This document shows positions 36,993-52,345 of a stretch of DNA of 64,000 bases, piece by piece. Below the pieces are notes generated by a model. The model was not told where the DNA came from. It did no database searches and saw nothing but the letters and a program-made list of their open reading frames with translations. A program made the position numbers and the translations under genes. Source of the DNA: the human T2T-CHM13v2.0 reference genome, Homo sapiens; NCBI RefSeq assembly GCF_009914755.1, contig NC_060926.1. One strand, 5' to 3'. How positions within the stretch are numbered: the first letter of the stretch is position 1; every line of letters begins with the position of its first letter.

Positions 36993-38349
36993 TAAAAATT
37001 ATTTAGGACCTTATCTGACTGGCTATAGCACAACTGAAATAGCAAAATCAAGATTGAAGGGCTATTTTCAGCACAGGTATTCCATTTCCAATCAAACTCA
37101 AGAACTCCAGCAGTGCAGGAACCACAGACCTCTTTAACTTTGTGCTGATTCCTAGGCATCCACCCTCTACTGGCTCCCCTCAACCTGGGGACATCCCTCC
37201 CCCATCCTGCAGCAACTTCGGGTCCATCAGTAGTCCACATTTTGGTAGGGCTTTGTTTATTCACAAGTCCACAACCCTGGAAGGAACTGGCTCCCTGGGC
37301 TGTGATGGCGCCTATTCTAAAGACTTCCTCAGAGTGGAAATTTAGGCAACAACAGCTCAATCGCTCTTTTATGACAAGTCAATCAGTAAAACAATGATAA
37401 AACCTCGGTTACCATAACTTAGAGGCTGTAATAGATTAACTTTTCAAGGGCACTTGATATAAGCTCTGAGTAGACTCTTTAGAGTCTTTATTCACACAGG
37501 GTTTTAGGAAACCACCCTCTTTCATAACTACTGTGTGTAAATAACCTCTATTTATCTAATTTGTAATTTTCCTACAGTCCCCTCAAAAGGGAACATTAAA
37601 AGAAATACTAAAGGAAGTTGGAAAGTTTGTCAATGTAAAGCTGGTCTTTGTAACCTTTCTACTCTTCATTTCCTGTGGCAATTGCACTTTTATTTCCCGT
37701 CTCTCTACACTCAGTAAACAAAACCATATTATCAAGGGAAAGACGTGAGCCCATTAACATTGTGAGCCCTCAGATTTCACTCACAAGAGACGATGCAGCA
37801 CTTATCTGATGGAGCAGAAGCTCTAATTGCTTCGAGGTACAAGTCCATCTAAACCTCTGAGATCTCACCCGTCCCCGGTAAGCCCTTGCGCCCTCCAGAC
37901 AAGCTCCTCAGTGAAAGCAAGCGCCGCACCGGTGCCTGTGCCAGTCTCCCAGAAAGGAGCATAAGGAGTGTTCCACCACCACTCTGGATTCTTTATTCCA
38001 ACAACCCAGCCGGAGGGGAAAATCTGCTAAACCACCCCACAAGGCAGAAACTTTATCAAAATCTGGCACTACAACACTGGCCCTCATCACGCCGCCACAA
38101 ATTGCGAGGGATAGAAGAAAGCTGCAAAGTCACGTTAAAAGGAAGCCTAGTCAAAAAGTGAAAATTTTGTCCCGCCCTAGGCACACAGCACTCACAGCAT
38201 AAGATGTAGTTCCATGAGTCCTAGGAAAGGGGGAAGAAAGGAAAAAACCAAACATCTGCTCTAGGTTTAGAAGAGGGATAACATCAGCGCCAAGCAAACC
38301 GAAAGCGCAGAGGACTCAGAAGAGGGGAAGAGGAATAACTTTATCTGTC

Positions 38350-38932
38350 CTGGAGGTGGGCGAAGAGCAGTCTCCACCGGCCGCGCGTCACGCTCCCATT
38401 TAACCTTTTCCATGCCGCGACGCCCACACTCCGCCCTCGAGGGACTAGCCCCCCCCACGATCCAGAGCAGAAGCGGCTCGCCCCGCTGCATCCACGGGCC
38501 CTCACCCAAGCGTCCAGTCCTGCCTTTCTCCCCCCACCTCGCCCAATACCTGTCCGAGAGCAGGCGTTCTGCCCTCTCGCCCCGCCCTTGCCCAGGCAGC
38601 CCCCGGTCGCGACGGCTCTCCTCGGGGCTCGGGGGCGCTGGGCGGCGGCCCTGGGCTGCTTTGGCTAACTTGGCTGCGGGGCAGGCGCGAGGAGCGGCGC
38701 GCCGACCGGGCCGAGCGGAGAGGCCGCCCATTGGCCGGCCAGCGCCACGTGGCCGCCCCCGCCGGTATATTAGGCCACTATTTACCTCCGGCTCACTCGC
38801 CATGGGTTGGAGAGGGCAGCTCGGGTAGAGAGGGCTGGCGGAGCGGCGCAGACGGCGGCAGTCCTGCTCAGCCTCTGCCCGGCTCCGTACTCCGGCCCCG
38901 GCCTGCGCCCTCAGAAAGGTGGGGCCCGAACC
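38350..38932. promoter_or_regulatory. Bidirectional CpG-island promoter of HOXD1/HAGLR
   Basis: ATTGG 38730-38734, CACGTG 38746-38751, GC boxes, TATATTA 38766-38772, Inr-like TCACTC 38793-38798. Confidence 0.75.
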
Positions 38933-39584
38933 ATGAGCTCCTACCTGGAGTACGTGTCATGCAGCAGCAGCGGCGGGGTCGGCGGCGACGTGCTCAGCTT
39001 GGCACCCAAGTTCTGCCGCTCCGACGCCCGGCCCGTGGCTCTGCAGCCCGCCTTCCCTCTGGGCAACGGCGACGGCGCCTTCGTCAGCTGTCTGCCCCTG
39101 GCCGCCGCCCGACCCTCGCCTTCGCCCCCGGCCGCCCCCGCGCGGCCGTCCGTACCGCCTCCGGCCGCGCCCCAGTACGCGCAGTGCACCCTGGAGGGGG
39201 CCTACGAACCTGGTGCCGCACCTGCCGCGGCAGCTGGGGGCGCGGACTACGGCTTCCTGGGGTCCGGGCCGGCGTACGACTTCCCGGGCGTGCTGGGGCG
39301 GGCGGCCGACGACGGCGGGTCTCACGTCCACTACGCCACCTCGGCCGTCTTCTCGGGCGGCGGCTCTTTCCTCCTCAGCGGCCAGGTGGATTACGCGGCC
39401 TTCGGCGAACCCGGCCCTTTTCCGGCTTGTCTCAAAGCGTCAGCCGACGGCCACCCTGGTGCTTTCCAGACCGCATCCCCGGCCCCAGGCACCTACCCCA
39501 AGTCCGTCTCTCCCGCCTCCGGCCTCCCTGCCGCCTTCAGCACGTTCGAGTGGATGAAAGTGAAGAGGAATGCCTCTAAGAAAG
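38933..39584 (+). CDS. HOXD1: Homeobox protein Hox-D1, coding exon 1
   Basis: MSSYLEY (labial/Hox1 N-terminus), [10 protein letters not shown] hexapeptide, donor AAG|GTAAGT at 39585. Confidence 0.98.
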
Positions 39585-39938
39585 GTAAGTCCGCGGGCCT
39601 TGGATGGGGCCACCTGGGGTTGGGGACGGAGCCTCCCCCGCGGAAATGCGCTGGGAGCGTGGTGTCGCTGCCTTTCCAGACAGCGGTTTGGGTTTTGTGG
39701 AGGAGACGCGTTCCCGGGCGAATTCCATGGAGTCTGCCTCGAGTACAGATTCGGAAAATGTGCCAGGCATTGAGAAAATTTCAGGAAGGAGCTCTCCGTG
39801 GAACTTCTCCTGGTACAAATTCTGTTCCTAGGGACCCAGGAGGGCTGCGCTGGGACTTTGATTCTAACTAGCTCCACTGCTCACCCACATTCTGTCCCCG
39901 GCCTCAGGCCTGGCTGACGCCCTGTCTTTACGTTGCAG

Positions 39939-40273
39939 GCAAACTCGCCGAGTATGGGGCCGCTAGCCCCTCCAGCGCGATCCGCACGAATTTCAGCACC
40001 AAGCAACTGACAGAACTGGAAAAAGAGTTTCATTTCAATAAGTACTTAACTCGAGCCCGGCGCATCGAGATAGCCAACTGCTTGCACCTGAATGACACGC
40101 AAGTCAAAATCTGGTTCCAGAACCGCAGGATGAAACAGAAGAAAAGGGAACGAGAAGGGCTTCTGGCCACGGCCATTCCTGTGGCTCCCCTCCAACTTCC
40201 CCTCTCTGGAACAACCCCCACTAAGTTTATCAAGAACCCCGGCAGCCCTTCTCAGTCCCAAGAGCCTTCGTGA
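39939..40273 (+). CDS. HOXD1: Hox-D1 coding exon 2 (homeodomain)
   Basis: Acceptor tctttacgttgcag|; [57 protein letters not shown]; 652+335=987 nt = 328 aa + stop. Confidence 0.98.
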
Positions 40274-41017
40274 GGCCGGTACTTGGGGCCGAAAAACTGT
40301 GGCCTGCAGAAGTCCCAGGCGACCCCCATCCCTATCTAGACTTAGGAGCTCAGTTTGGGATGGAGGTGGGAGAACAAAAATGAATAGGGATTTCACTTGG
40401 GAAATGAAGTACTTTAGTTGGCTTCCGAGTTCCAGACTATATGTCCAGATATTAATTGACTGTCTTGTAAGCCACTTGTTTGGTTATGATTTGTGTCTTA
40501 TCAGGGAAAAGGTGCCCAGCTGCCAGCCCAGCTCCGCTGCTATCTTTGCCTCACTTAGTCATGTGCAATTCGCGTTGCAGAGTGGCAGACCATTAGTTGC
40601 TGAGTTCTGTCAGCACTCTGATGTGCTCAGAAGAGCACCTGCCCAAAGTTTTTCTGGTTTTAATTTAAAGGACAAGGCTACATATATTCAGCTTTTTGAG
40701 ATGACCAAAGCTAGTTAGGGTCTCCTTGATGTAGCTAAGCTGCTTCAGTGATCTTCACATTTGCACTCCAGTTTTTTTTTCTTTAAAAAAGCGGTTTCTA
40801 CCTCTCTATGTGCCTGAGTGATGATACAATCGCTGTTTAGTTACTAGATGAACAAATCCACAGAATGGGTAAAGAGTAGAATCTGAACTATATCTTGACA
40901 AATATTATTCAAACTTGAATGTAAATATATACAGTATGTATATTTTTTAAAAAGATTTGCTTGCAATGACCTTATAAGTGACATTTAATGTCATAGCATG
41001 TAAAGGGTTTTTTTTGT

Positions 41018-41023
41018 AATAAA
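41018..41023 (+). terminator. HOXD1 poly(A) signal AATAAA
   Basis: AATAAA preceded by TGTA elements and followed by a pyrimidine-rich tract. Confidence 0.8.
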
Positions 41024-41132
41024 AATTATAGAATCTGCTGCTCTCTGCTTTTCTTACACTCTTTAATAATGATTCTCTTTCTTTAAAGTTGATTCAGTTT
41101 CCTGTATTTGAATTTTCTTGATTCTGCTATGA

Positions 41133-41523
<391 letters not shown>

Positions 41524-44500
41524 TAAGAGAGAAAACTACTCTGCCAAATATCCAAGTAACTATGGAAATACTTTCCTTACCTTGAGTGCCCTAATTTTAT
41601 GGTAGGTGTGTAGTCTGCACATTTAACTCAAGTGTTAGGTGCCTACTGTGGAATGTTGTAAAGCCAAGGAGACACTTCAGGGAGATCTTGTTCTTTTGTC
41701 TCCTGTCCTCACAAAAGGAAGAGGAAAGGTGACCTGAAGACTTTGTTTCTTGGTTAGTGTTCCCTGAGAAAGGCAGCTGCACATCAAAAAGTTCTCAGTG
41801 GCTGAATTCCCATTTCCAAAGTCAAGAGTTACAAAGGAGGCTGGGAAAGGCTAGTAGTCACAAATTTCTACTTCCTGTAACCCAGACTGAGTATCTGGCG
41901 GAGAGAGAGCACAGACAGTGCCTTTCTGATTTCAAAAATGAAATATTTTCAAATGAATACTTTGGAAGAGGTACAAGCACAAAACTTGAAAGTTGACAAG
42001 AGAGTATGTGGTTAAAAAAAACCCCAAAACCTATTCTCTAATCTATTTCACCCAAACTCCCATTTCTCATCCCGGGAGGCATTCATAGTTGACCAGAGTT
42101 TATGTAAACTTGCAGAAATATGAGAAAAAGATGCAATATAAAGATACAGAATCAAGTGGATACTTGGGACAGTTTTGGGGAGTACGTCCTTATTTTACAA
42201 CTATATCTTTAAGTTCTTTCTATAGTTCAACAGAAGGGCTAACGGCCCAAATAATTCAGATAAGAACCTCAGCTCTTTTAGCTAGATTTCTAGATTCCAG
42301 TATAATGCTTTAAATCTAATTATTCATAAATCTAAGCAACTGTGAAAGATTACCTTTTTTATAAAGCAGCAATATGATTAGTTCTCTTAGAAAATTGGAG
42401 TTACACTGAAGTTCTCATTCTTTGCACCTATAGTTGAATGGAGTTGAAGAAATAAAATGATCAGCTCCAACAAACTCAGCTGATTAGAGGGAAAAGATAC
42501 TGCTTAAAAAGCAGGTCTGTCAATATTATTCTTGTTTCCCCGGCTGCCCTTTAATAACTTGATGCTAATTGAATCTTGTTTGAAACAACAGCCCCCCTCT
42601 GAGCTCTACTGCTATTTGAAAGAACTTGTTAAAGGACTTGTGATCTGCTTGCTTACAGCCACCTCTGGGCTTCCCCTGCAGTGGTCTTTGACATGACAAT
42701 GTTTCCTTTTTGATAAGCATTTAAATGTACACCTAAACAACAACAACAACAAAATACCAACATGCTGGGTCATTTCCTTAATCTACCACCCTTTTCTCTG
42801 AGAAAATAAAGCTTTTCCTTCTGAAGCTAGTACTAGCACTTAGCCCTGATGGATGTCTTCCTTGATGAAGGTGGCTATTATGACATTCGTATAATGCTAT
42901 TCTATGAATCAGGCCAATATTAGCTATTTTTTGCCCAACCCCAGGGATCTTTAAAAGCTTTCTTAATGCAGATCACTGTACAGCTATATTCAGTATTAGG
43001 AAGAGTCCTGGCTGGAGATCGGGATGAACTAGGTGACCTCTGGAGGTCCCTCCCAACAATGAAAATGCTACAATTTAATGACTTCTGCATATTTTATTTT
43101 AGACCTATCATTTGAAGGGAGTTAGGCTCTAAGAGAAAGCAAATGTGCTGTCTAGGATTACAGTGATACTGTGTTTATACAGGAAAAGAGGATTTTAGAC
43201 ACTATCAAATACATGTTGTCAGTGGAGGTACCTAGGCAATGTGGATCATTTACAGAGCATTCCTTTTCCTATTATTTTGAGCCTTGTGTTATTTTGAGTC
43301 AGATCTCCATGAAGTATGAGGTTACTATGTAAACTGCAACTACTCAAACAATCCCGTTTCTATTTTACAAGATTTCAAACTAAATATGCTAATTTACCCT
43401 CCAGTGATCTGTTACAAGGATGAATACACAGTGGACAGTTCTGGCTGTTGTATAATTAACTATTCAATGTTCCTTTGTCTTCACATAATGACCATGTGTC
43501 TACTTTTCTGGATCAGGATAATTGGGAGTGAGGAAAAGGAAAGCACTTAATAATATATAAAATTCCCATAAGTTGAGTACTAGCAAATGAAGGCTTTGCT
43601 GATATAAAAACCTAAAGCAATGTCACCTAGAGTTTCAAAAGATTAATTGTGTGTGATTTATGCTGCCTCAATCTCAAATATGGTGAGGACCAACACCAGA
43701 AAAGGCTGTCTGATTATCGTGTCATCCAAAAAAAACAGAAGCAGGCTCAGGAGAGTTGCATTAGCTCTGAAGTTCTTAATTATTCCTTATGGCCAAAGAA
43801 ATGATCTATATTTGCTGAATATTGAATTTGAAAACCTCAGGATCTAATCAGTTTCCGAGAGTTGTTTAGTCTGACCACAGACCTCTCAACAAGAAAAATG
43901 CCCATTGTTAAAACTTTATTTGTGGTTTTAAAGTAAAACCATAGTGGACATATCTCACGAAGATAAATATCCGTCTAAATAGAAACAAAGATGTTCATGG
44001 TTTTTACCTCTATCTAATGTTTTCAAGTCATGAACATGCAACAAATCTGCAAAATAACTCTATTTCAACATCTCATTTGTAATTGCTTATTACGTTGTAC
44101 TTGTTATTCAGAAATAAAATTTCTATAGAAACTGTTTAACTAGATTCAATAATGAACCAAGAGGATGAAAATCCTAAATATTGGTGTGAAAGGAAGGTCT
44201 ATTACTTAGCTTGTAAAGATTTCAACATAATCTCTTCTCCTTCTAGAAATCTTACTGATGTATTTTGGAAAGAAGGGCCAAAGAGTAGTCATTTGGACTT
44301 GTCATAGCTAATAAACTATTACAAGTTTATTAAAACTGACACTTTTGAGGCATTTCTAGAAGGTGCTGGACTCTTCAGCACACTGAATTCTTAGGGATTT
44401 TGTAGAGCCTAAGCTTATACAATTTGGGGAAACCTCTTTAAGGAAAAAAATACAAAATTGTTAATACAAAATTCCCAGGATGTGGAATGGTTCAAGTTAG

Positions 44501-44974
44501 TGAAGTTTACATTTCACTGGGCTCATAGTAAATTCATATCTGCCCCTTCCTTGAAACCATCACTTTTTCTCCACTGCCATCATTGCCTATGAGATAATAG
44601 CAATGATCGCTTTTCTCTAACATCTTAGAGCCAGAGTCACTCTTTCTCTTCAAATGCATCAAATAGTGGATAATGGGGACAAGGGCAGGTTGGCACTCTG
44701 TTCTACTCTCTTAGCATCTCAATCTCACTGTGCTCTTCTGGGCTACTGGGTGGCTGACTTTAGCCAGTGGCTTTTCCCATTCTACTGCCTTAGAATGGGA
44801 ACCCTATCTCATCCTAGAGGTCCCCTTCTGTTGTGTTTTCTTCTCAAAGATATAAACAGAAGAGAAAGATATAGCTGGAGACAATGCAGCCACATTGTTA
44901 GCGTCTAAACATTTCCTAGGATGGAACCACTGAGGCTGAAGTAAAGGACCCTGAACAAATAACATTATTATTTT

Positions 44975-45098
44975 TCTTTTCTTAGAAATGGGATCTTGTT
45001 TTGTTGCCCAGGCTGGTCTTGAACTCTTGGGCTTAAGTGACCCTCCTGCCTTAGCCTCCCAAGTAGCTGGGAATATAGGCATGCGCTGTCACACCCAG
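44975..45098 (-). mobile_element. FLAM/Alu monomer
   Basis: Reverse left-monomer sequence. Confidence 0.8.
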
Positions 45099-45114
45099 TA
45101 AGAACATTATTCTT

Positions 45115-45408
<294 letters not shown>

Positions 45409-45691
45409 AAGAACATTATTCTTAAGGGAGGAGACCTGGATTTCAGTACCAGTTGTATTTTCTGATTAAAAGGAAAAATAGCTTGCCTGGTCTTAGATTC
45501 TCCTATAAAACAAAGTGGGTTGGTCTGGATGATCATTACATTCCCTTATCACCTTAGCATTTCTTCACAATCCTTTACTGTGCTGGTTATTACTGAAGAG
45601 TATTTAGTAGTACTGTAGCTCTGTAAGATTAATGTCAATGAGAGGCTGGGATTGAAGTAATTTCTGAGACCTTTAAAAATTATCTGGCTTG

Positions 45692-46016
<325 letters not shown>

Positions 46017-46429
46017 TTAGAATCTGGGTGTATGTGCATATGTATATGTGAACTAGGTAATGTTCCTCATTTGTCTACCTGATGAACTAAAAGCTAACGA
46101 TGGTGAGAGCCTCCAAAAAGACCACTTTCCTTTGAATAGATAAACTAGATCTTAACAAGAGATTTTTCAAATGGTGTCAGCACTTTCTATTTGGATTCTC
46201 AAACTCCTTGTCCTTAATTCCATACTTCAAAGTTGACAACTTTCAGAATAGAGAAGTCATATTGAGTCTTTTCTCTTCCTTTCAGATAAATGGGATTCTG
46301 AAGTGAATGCTCCGTTCTGTCGAAGAAAAGAAATATGGATAAACAAATCTCTCCTTCTTTCCATTAGTCAGCAAACTCTATTTCTCCTTCTCCATTGGCT
46401 TAGTCTTTATCATTTCTCATTCAGCAATG

Positions 46430-47050
46430 CAACTGATGCCTTATTGGTCTCCTTGCGTCCAGTCTTCTTCCCAGTCAATCCATTTGAAAGCCCTGCTTTC
46501 GTTGTATTGTTCCACTTTGAACTCTCAGTAGCTGCTGGTAGCAAGTAGAAGAAACTCAGATGTTTTTAGCTTGGGATTCAAGGCCCTCAACACCTGTATC
46601 CAGCCATCTTTTCCCTGATAATTTCCCACCATTGCCTGACACACAAACTTTACCCCCAGTTAGTGTGGACTGTTTATACTCCCTGCAAGAAACTTATGCT
46701 TTCCTGCCTCTGAACCTTTTCTCACATCATTCCTGTCTCATACGTCTACTTTCTCTCTGCCTATCCAAAGTCATCCTTTGTGGCACAGCTCAAACCTCAC
46801 CACCTCTATAAAACCTTTTTTTTACATCATCCAAATTTAAAGCTGACTCCTCTGAGCTGCTGTAGTATTTATTGTTTGTATTACCTGCTTAAGCACTTAG
46901 AATCTCCTGCCATATTATGAGAGGTCTTTTTCTCTTTCTGCCTTTCTTCCCCTATCATTAGTTCCCCTTGCATGGGCATATGTATATTTCATCTATCATT
47001 GAGTATTTTATACATAATAGTGGTCCTATACCATTTGCTGAATGTTGAAT
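46430..47050 (+). mobile_element. Degenerate L2
   Basis: Pyrimidine-rich L2-like sequence ending atttgctgaatgttgaatg. Confidence 0.5.
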
Positions 47051-47269
47051 GTGGATCAAAGCTTACAGTGCTACTCATCAAGTGCTTTCTACCAGGTGAG
47101 GAACACTCTGATAACTTACTTGCTAAGTATTCTCTATATTTCATCACTTATAATAGAACACAAGTGATTTTTGACTACACAGTAAAATACAAATAGGAGG
47201 CTAGAAAGCTGAAGGAGGGAGAGCTTATAGACTTTCCTCCTTATGCATCTGGTACATTCTTTTGATTAA

Positions 47270-47671
<402 letters not shown>

Positions 47672-47829
47672 TAATGCATTTTGGTTGTTGTTTGAGGCTT
47701 TTTAATATATTGTATTTGTTACTTATTATAGTTGTTGGAGTACCTTATGGCAACAGAACTCCTGGAGAAAGATTGACGAAACCAAATGAGGTCTAGCAGA
47801 GGGTTTCTAGAGACAATTAAATGTAGTAG

Positions 47830-48020
47830 TTACCACAGTGAACCTTGGAAGCAGACAGGCTTGGGCACAAATCCCGGGACAGGTGACTCAGTGTCATTCA
47901 GCTTTACATTCCTCCCTTAAAAATGGGAATATTAATGTCTCTACTTCACTGACTTGTGAGGAAGAACAGAGATAATACATGTGGATCATTTAGAACAATG
48001 TCTAGTGTAACCTTTGCTAA
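47830..48020 (+). mobile_element. MIR
   Basis: ggaagcagacaggcttgggcacaaatcccgg...aaaatgggaatattaatgtctctacttcac...ttgtgagga. Confidence 0.65.
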
Positions 48021-48774
48021 TTATTAAGACAGAATGGGTAATGAGCATTGTGATAGGCATTTGGATGGAAAGACAGGGACTGAAGGAGAGAAATACTTAC
48101 ATATATGACAAATATGTACTGAGTTTCCAGGTGCCATGCACAGACAATTACCAATTAGGATTAAAGAGATACTGGGAAGGGAAGAATCATTGCAGTGAAT
48201 ATGGCTGGAGAGAATAAGTAAAGTCTAGGGTTATTCAATACATTTAGCAAAATACTGGTGGTACATAATAACAGAGGAAAGGAAAATGGCAGCTAATGAA
48301 TGCTTGATGACTGCAATGGCTGGGCACTCACTAAACTAAGCCCCAAGACCTTAGAAGAAGCCCGGGAGAAATAAAGGATGGAAGAGGTGTCAGGCCATTA
48401 CCCACTGCTTCTAGTTTACTGGCTTATTCTGAGCACAGAAAACTTAAATCCATCACACTTTTGTTCAGTTTTTTTCTATCCAAAAGGACATGTGAATTCA
48501 CATACATGGCACTTTAGAGGTCAGGTGCCATAAATTAGAATGCAATGATGATTTACATACATTTCCTACACTGTAGCACCTCCCCAGGGTTGAATTTATC
48601 ATTCTTTAAAATAGAGAGGTTCAGGTTGTGTTCTGTGGACATCAAAGTGAGAAGAGGAGTGATCAACCACATTAACTCCTGTTGCTGCAGAAAGGAAAAA
48701 TTCTTCCCTCTACCTACTCTGGCAGTGGGGAATTGTGAATTTTCTCAACTGTGCATAAAACTGTAACTATTTCC

Positions 48775-49189
<415 letters not shown>

Positions 49190-49423
49190 CTAATTAATGG
49201 CTGAAGGACAGTTCTATATAAATAGAAATTATTTTTCCTGATTGCTTATGATCTAATTGTCAAAATAGTGTTAGTATTCAATTGCCTGTATGAGTAATTA
49301 CTCTATCATATGTAAATGTTTACATCTCCTCTTACATCTGAAACTTGAGTCACATTTTGAATATGTGAAGTGTGTTAGCTTCATATAGGGGGAAAAAAAC
49401 TACTCGCTTATGAAATAATTGTA

Positions 49424-49723
<300 letters not shown>

Positions 49724-50444
49724 TTGTAGAAAAGGTAGATTCTATGTGAATATATAAAATGAGCTCCAAATGATGAATTAAAACAACAATATTTCTTATT
49801 CAGACAAAAATAGCATACTATTTGTCCCTAAAAATCTTAAAAAGATTTAAAATTTAAACTTCCTTGGGTTAACCTGCCAAGAAAGTCCAATAAGCTTCTG
49901 TTTTGACTGCAAATAAAAGCACACATACAACCAGAATAATCTATTTTTCTAGCAGCATATGGTTCCTTTGGGAACTTCAGAAACAACTGTGTTTGTATGC
50001 TTCAGAATTGTCACATGGGGAAGCTATCTGAGAATTCTCAAGGCCTGTTTTTATTAAAGGTTTGTAATTTGGGGCTTGGCCCTTGATTTTAAAAAATTTA
50101 CATATTTTAGAGGACAATGTTATCTCAATTGGTTCCATGTAAACACAAACAATTGCAGCTTAGATATTTTAGTACACCAATGAAATGAATGAACTTTGTT
50201 CTGAATGAACTAAGAGGAATAAAGGTATTGCTTTATACCTGTCCCTAATTCAACATGTGTCACAATGACAAAGGTAAGCTAGCTGCAATTCATATGTAAA
50301 TAAAGACTAAAGGTTTCAGATGTTCTATTTCTGCCTCCTTCCAATTTTAGTTATAAAACATAATTATCATTTGGAACTCAAGATGAATAGATTTAGCTTA
50401 AAGCTTTCTCAATTAAGATTATGTAGTATTAGAATTGCTTGTTT

Positions 50445-50638
50445 ATTTATTTATTTACTTTTTTTTTTTTAAATTAGAGACAGAGTCTCACTATGTTGCC
50501 TAGGCTGGAGTACAGTGGCTATTCACAGGCACAATTATAGATAACTAACTATAGCCTCTAGCTTCTGGGCTCAAGCCATCCTCCTGCCCCAGCCTCCCCA
50601 GTAGCTGGGACTACAGGTGTGTGCCACCATGCCCAACT
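50445..50638 (-). mobile_element. AluJ/FRAM right monomer
   Basis: Reverse Alu monomer with (TTTA)n/T tail. Confidence 0.8.
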
Positions 50639-50991
50639 GATTTATTTGTTATATTTTTAATTTTAGGAACACTTTAATAAAGTTCAACAACACATTTGGA
50701 TTGCTAAAAAAATCCAAACTTGTAAATATTTTTCTCCCATACTTCTAGAGGGCTCTCTTAGTGAAGAAGAAACAGTTATCTGTTAGTTTCATCTGGTTTC
50801 TCTCTCTTATTACGTCTAAGTAAATGTAAATTTAATATTTTTATTTAAAAATAGCATGCATAATATGTATCCAGTTTTATAAAATTATTTCTATGTACCA
50901 AGTTATTTATGCACCGATCACTCCTAATATCTGAGTGTCTACATAGAGCTGTCAAGAAAGATGTTCACCTAATATTAATGATGGTTACTTC

Positions 50992-51515
50992 TTTTTTTTT
51001 TTAAGTTCAGCTTTTTATTGAACACGTTATAAAAGAGGTTTAGTCAAAAAGACCAAGGCCCATGTCATCATCAGACTCCTTGGATTCTTCTTTCTTTGCT
51101 TCCACTTTCTTCTCCTCAGCTGGAGCAGCAGCAGTGGAGGGGGCAGGACGTCCTGCTGGTGCAGCACCAGCTGCTGGAGCAGGTCCACCAGCCCCTACAT
51201 TGCAGATGAGGCTCCCAATGTTGACGTTGGCCAGGGCCTTTGCAAACAAGCCAGGCCAAAAAGGTTCAACATTTACACCGGCTGCTTTAATGAGGGCATT
51301 GATCTTATCCTCCGTGACTGTCACCTCATCGTCGTGCAGAATGAGGGCCGAGTAGATGCAGGCGAGCTTGGAGACGGAGGCCATGGCACGGGCGAGTGTA
51401 GGGCAGGCGCTGCCGGACGCGGTGCTAGTCGCAGGATGAAGTGAGGGCCTTACCCCAACGCGGCCTTAGCTTCCTCGGAAGGACCGAGCAGCTTGGCGGC
51501 AGCTGAGGGAAGGGG
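50992..51515 (-). pseudogene. RPLP1P4: Processed pseudogene of 60S acidic ribosomal protein P1 (intact 114-aa ORF 51040-51384; probably RPLP1P4)
   Basis: Intronless near-identical RPLP1 ORF, 5'UTR with a pyrimidine (TOP-like) start, AATAAA at 51014-51019 (minus strand), poly(A) remnant 50992-51002, near-TSD ggttacttct/ggtttcttct. The pseudogene number is from memory. Confidence 0.9.
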
Positions 51516-52345
51516 TCGGTTTCTTCTACATAGTAAGATTTTGTTGACATTTTTTTCTTTGTAGTGATTTTCTGTTTTGCTTAAAATTTAAATAATTAAA
51601 TTCAGAAATAATAAAGTCATTACTTTCAAATATAAGAAAAAGGGCAAAATTCATCTGGTAGCCACAGTCATTGCATTTATTTTTGCCAGTGGAAGGTCCC
51701 AGAGGAATTAGATAATGCTTCTCATGTGCCAATTCTTGAATAATTAAATAAAAATGTCTGTGATATACATGGGTGTACACATGAGTCAAATAAATGATAG
51801 ATAAGGTCTATCATTCATTTCTTCAACAGGGAATTGAGCATTTGAGTGTCACATATGTTCAATTTTCATCCTACCAGTTGGAAACAAGTTCTGAATTGTG
51901 TTGATAAAAGTGGAATTCACGATTAGCAAAGTAATAAGAAAAGTATACCTTTAGCTTAAGTAAAATGGAGAATCCAAGAAATGTGGAAAACTATTCTATC
52001 ATTTTTCTATACTTATAATACAAAATTAAAGAAATGTTAAAAGCAAGTTTATAAAGATATAGGCACACTTTTTAAAGGATGCATATTTTTAGTAAGCTTT
52101 GCAGTTTTCTAGGGAGCAACACTAAAATATTCTTTAATTTTTGTTGTAGCAAGATTTATAAAATTTGATAGTGGTCTGTGTAACATACATACAAACACAA
52201 GTCTAATTAAGCCTCAAGAAGGTTAGTAAGGGTTAGGTAACCATACTAAGAAAATGCTAGTCCTTCCATTAGTTTTATTTAGAAGTTGGCTTATTTCACT
52301 AGCAACTTGATCACTCGGGGTATGCCTGAGAGGACTTAAAACAGA

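Noticed and set aside
38731-39579. 282-aa alternative-frame ORF overlapping HOXD1 exon 1
   Set aside because: Non-ATG start and Arg/Pro/Gly-rich; expected stop-codon depletion in very GC-rich coding DNA.
38807-39871. 354-aa ORF in the track containing HOXD1 exon 1
   Set aside because: It starts at a TTG and reads through the splice donor into the intron; the real CDS is 38933-39584 joined to 39939-40273. A near-cognate N-terminal extension has no support from sequence alone.
51062-51355. 97-aa + strand ORF
   Set aside because: Antisense shadow of the RPLP1 retrocopy.
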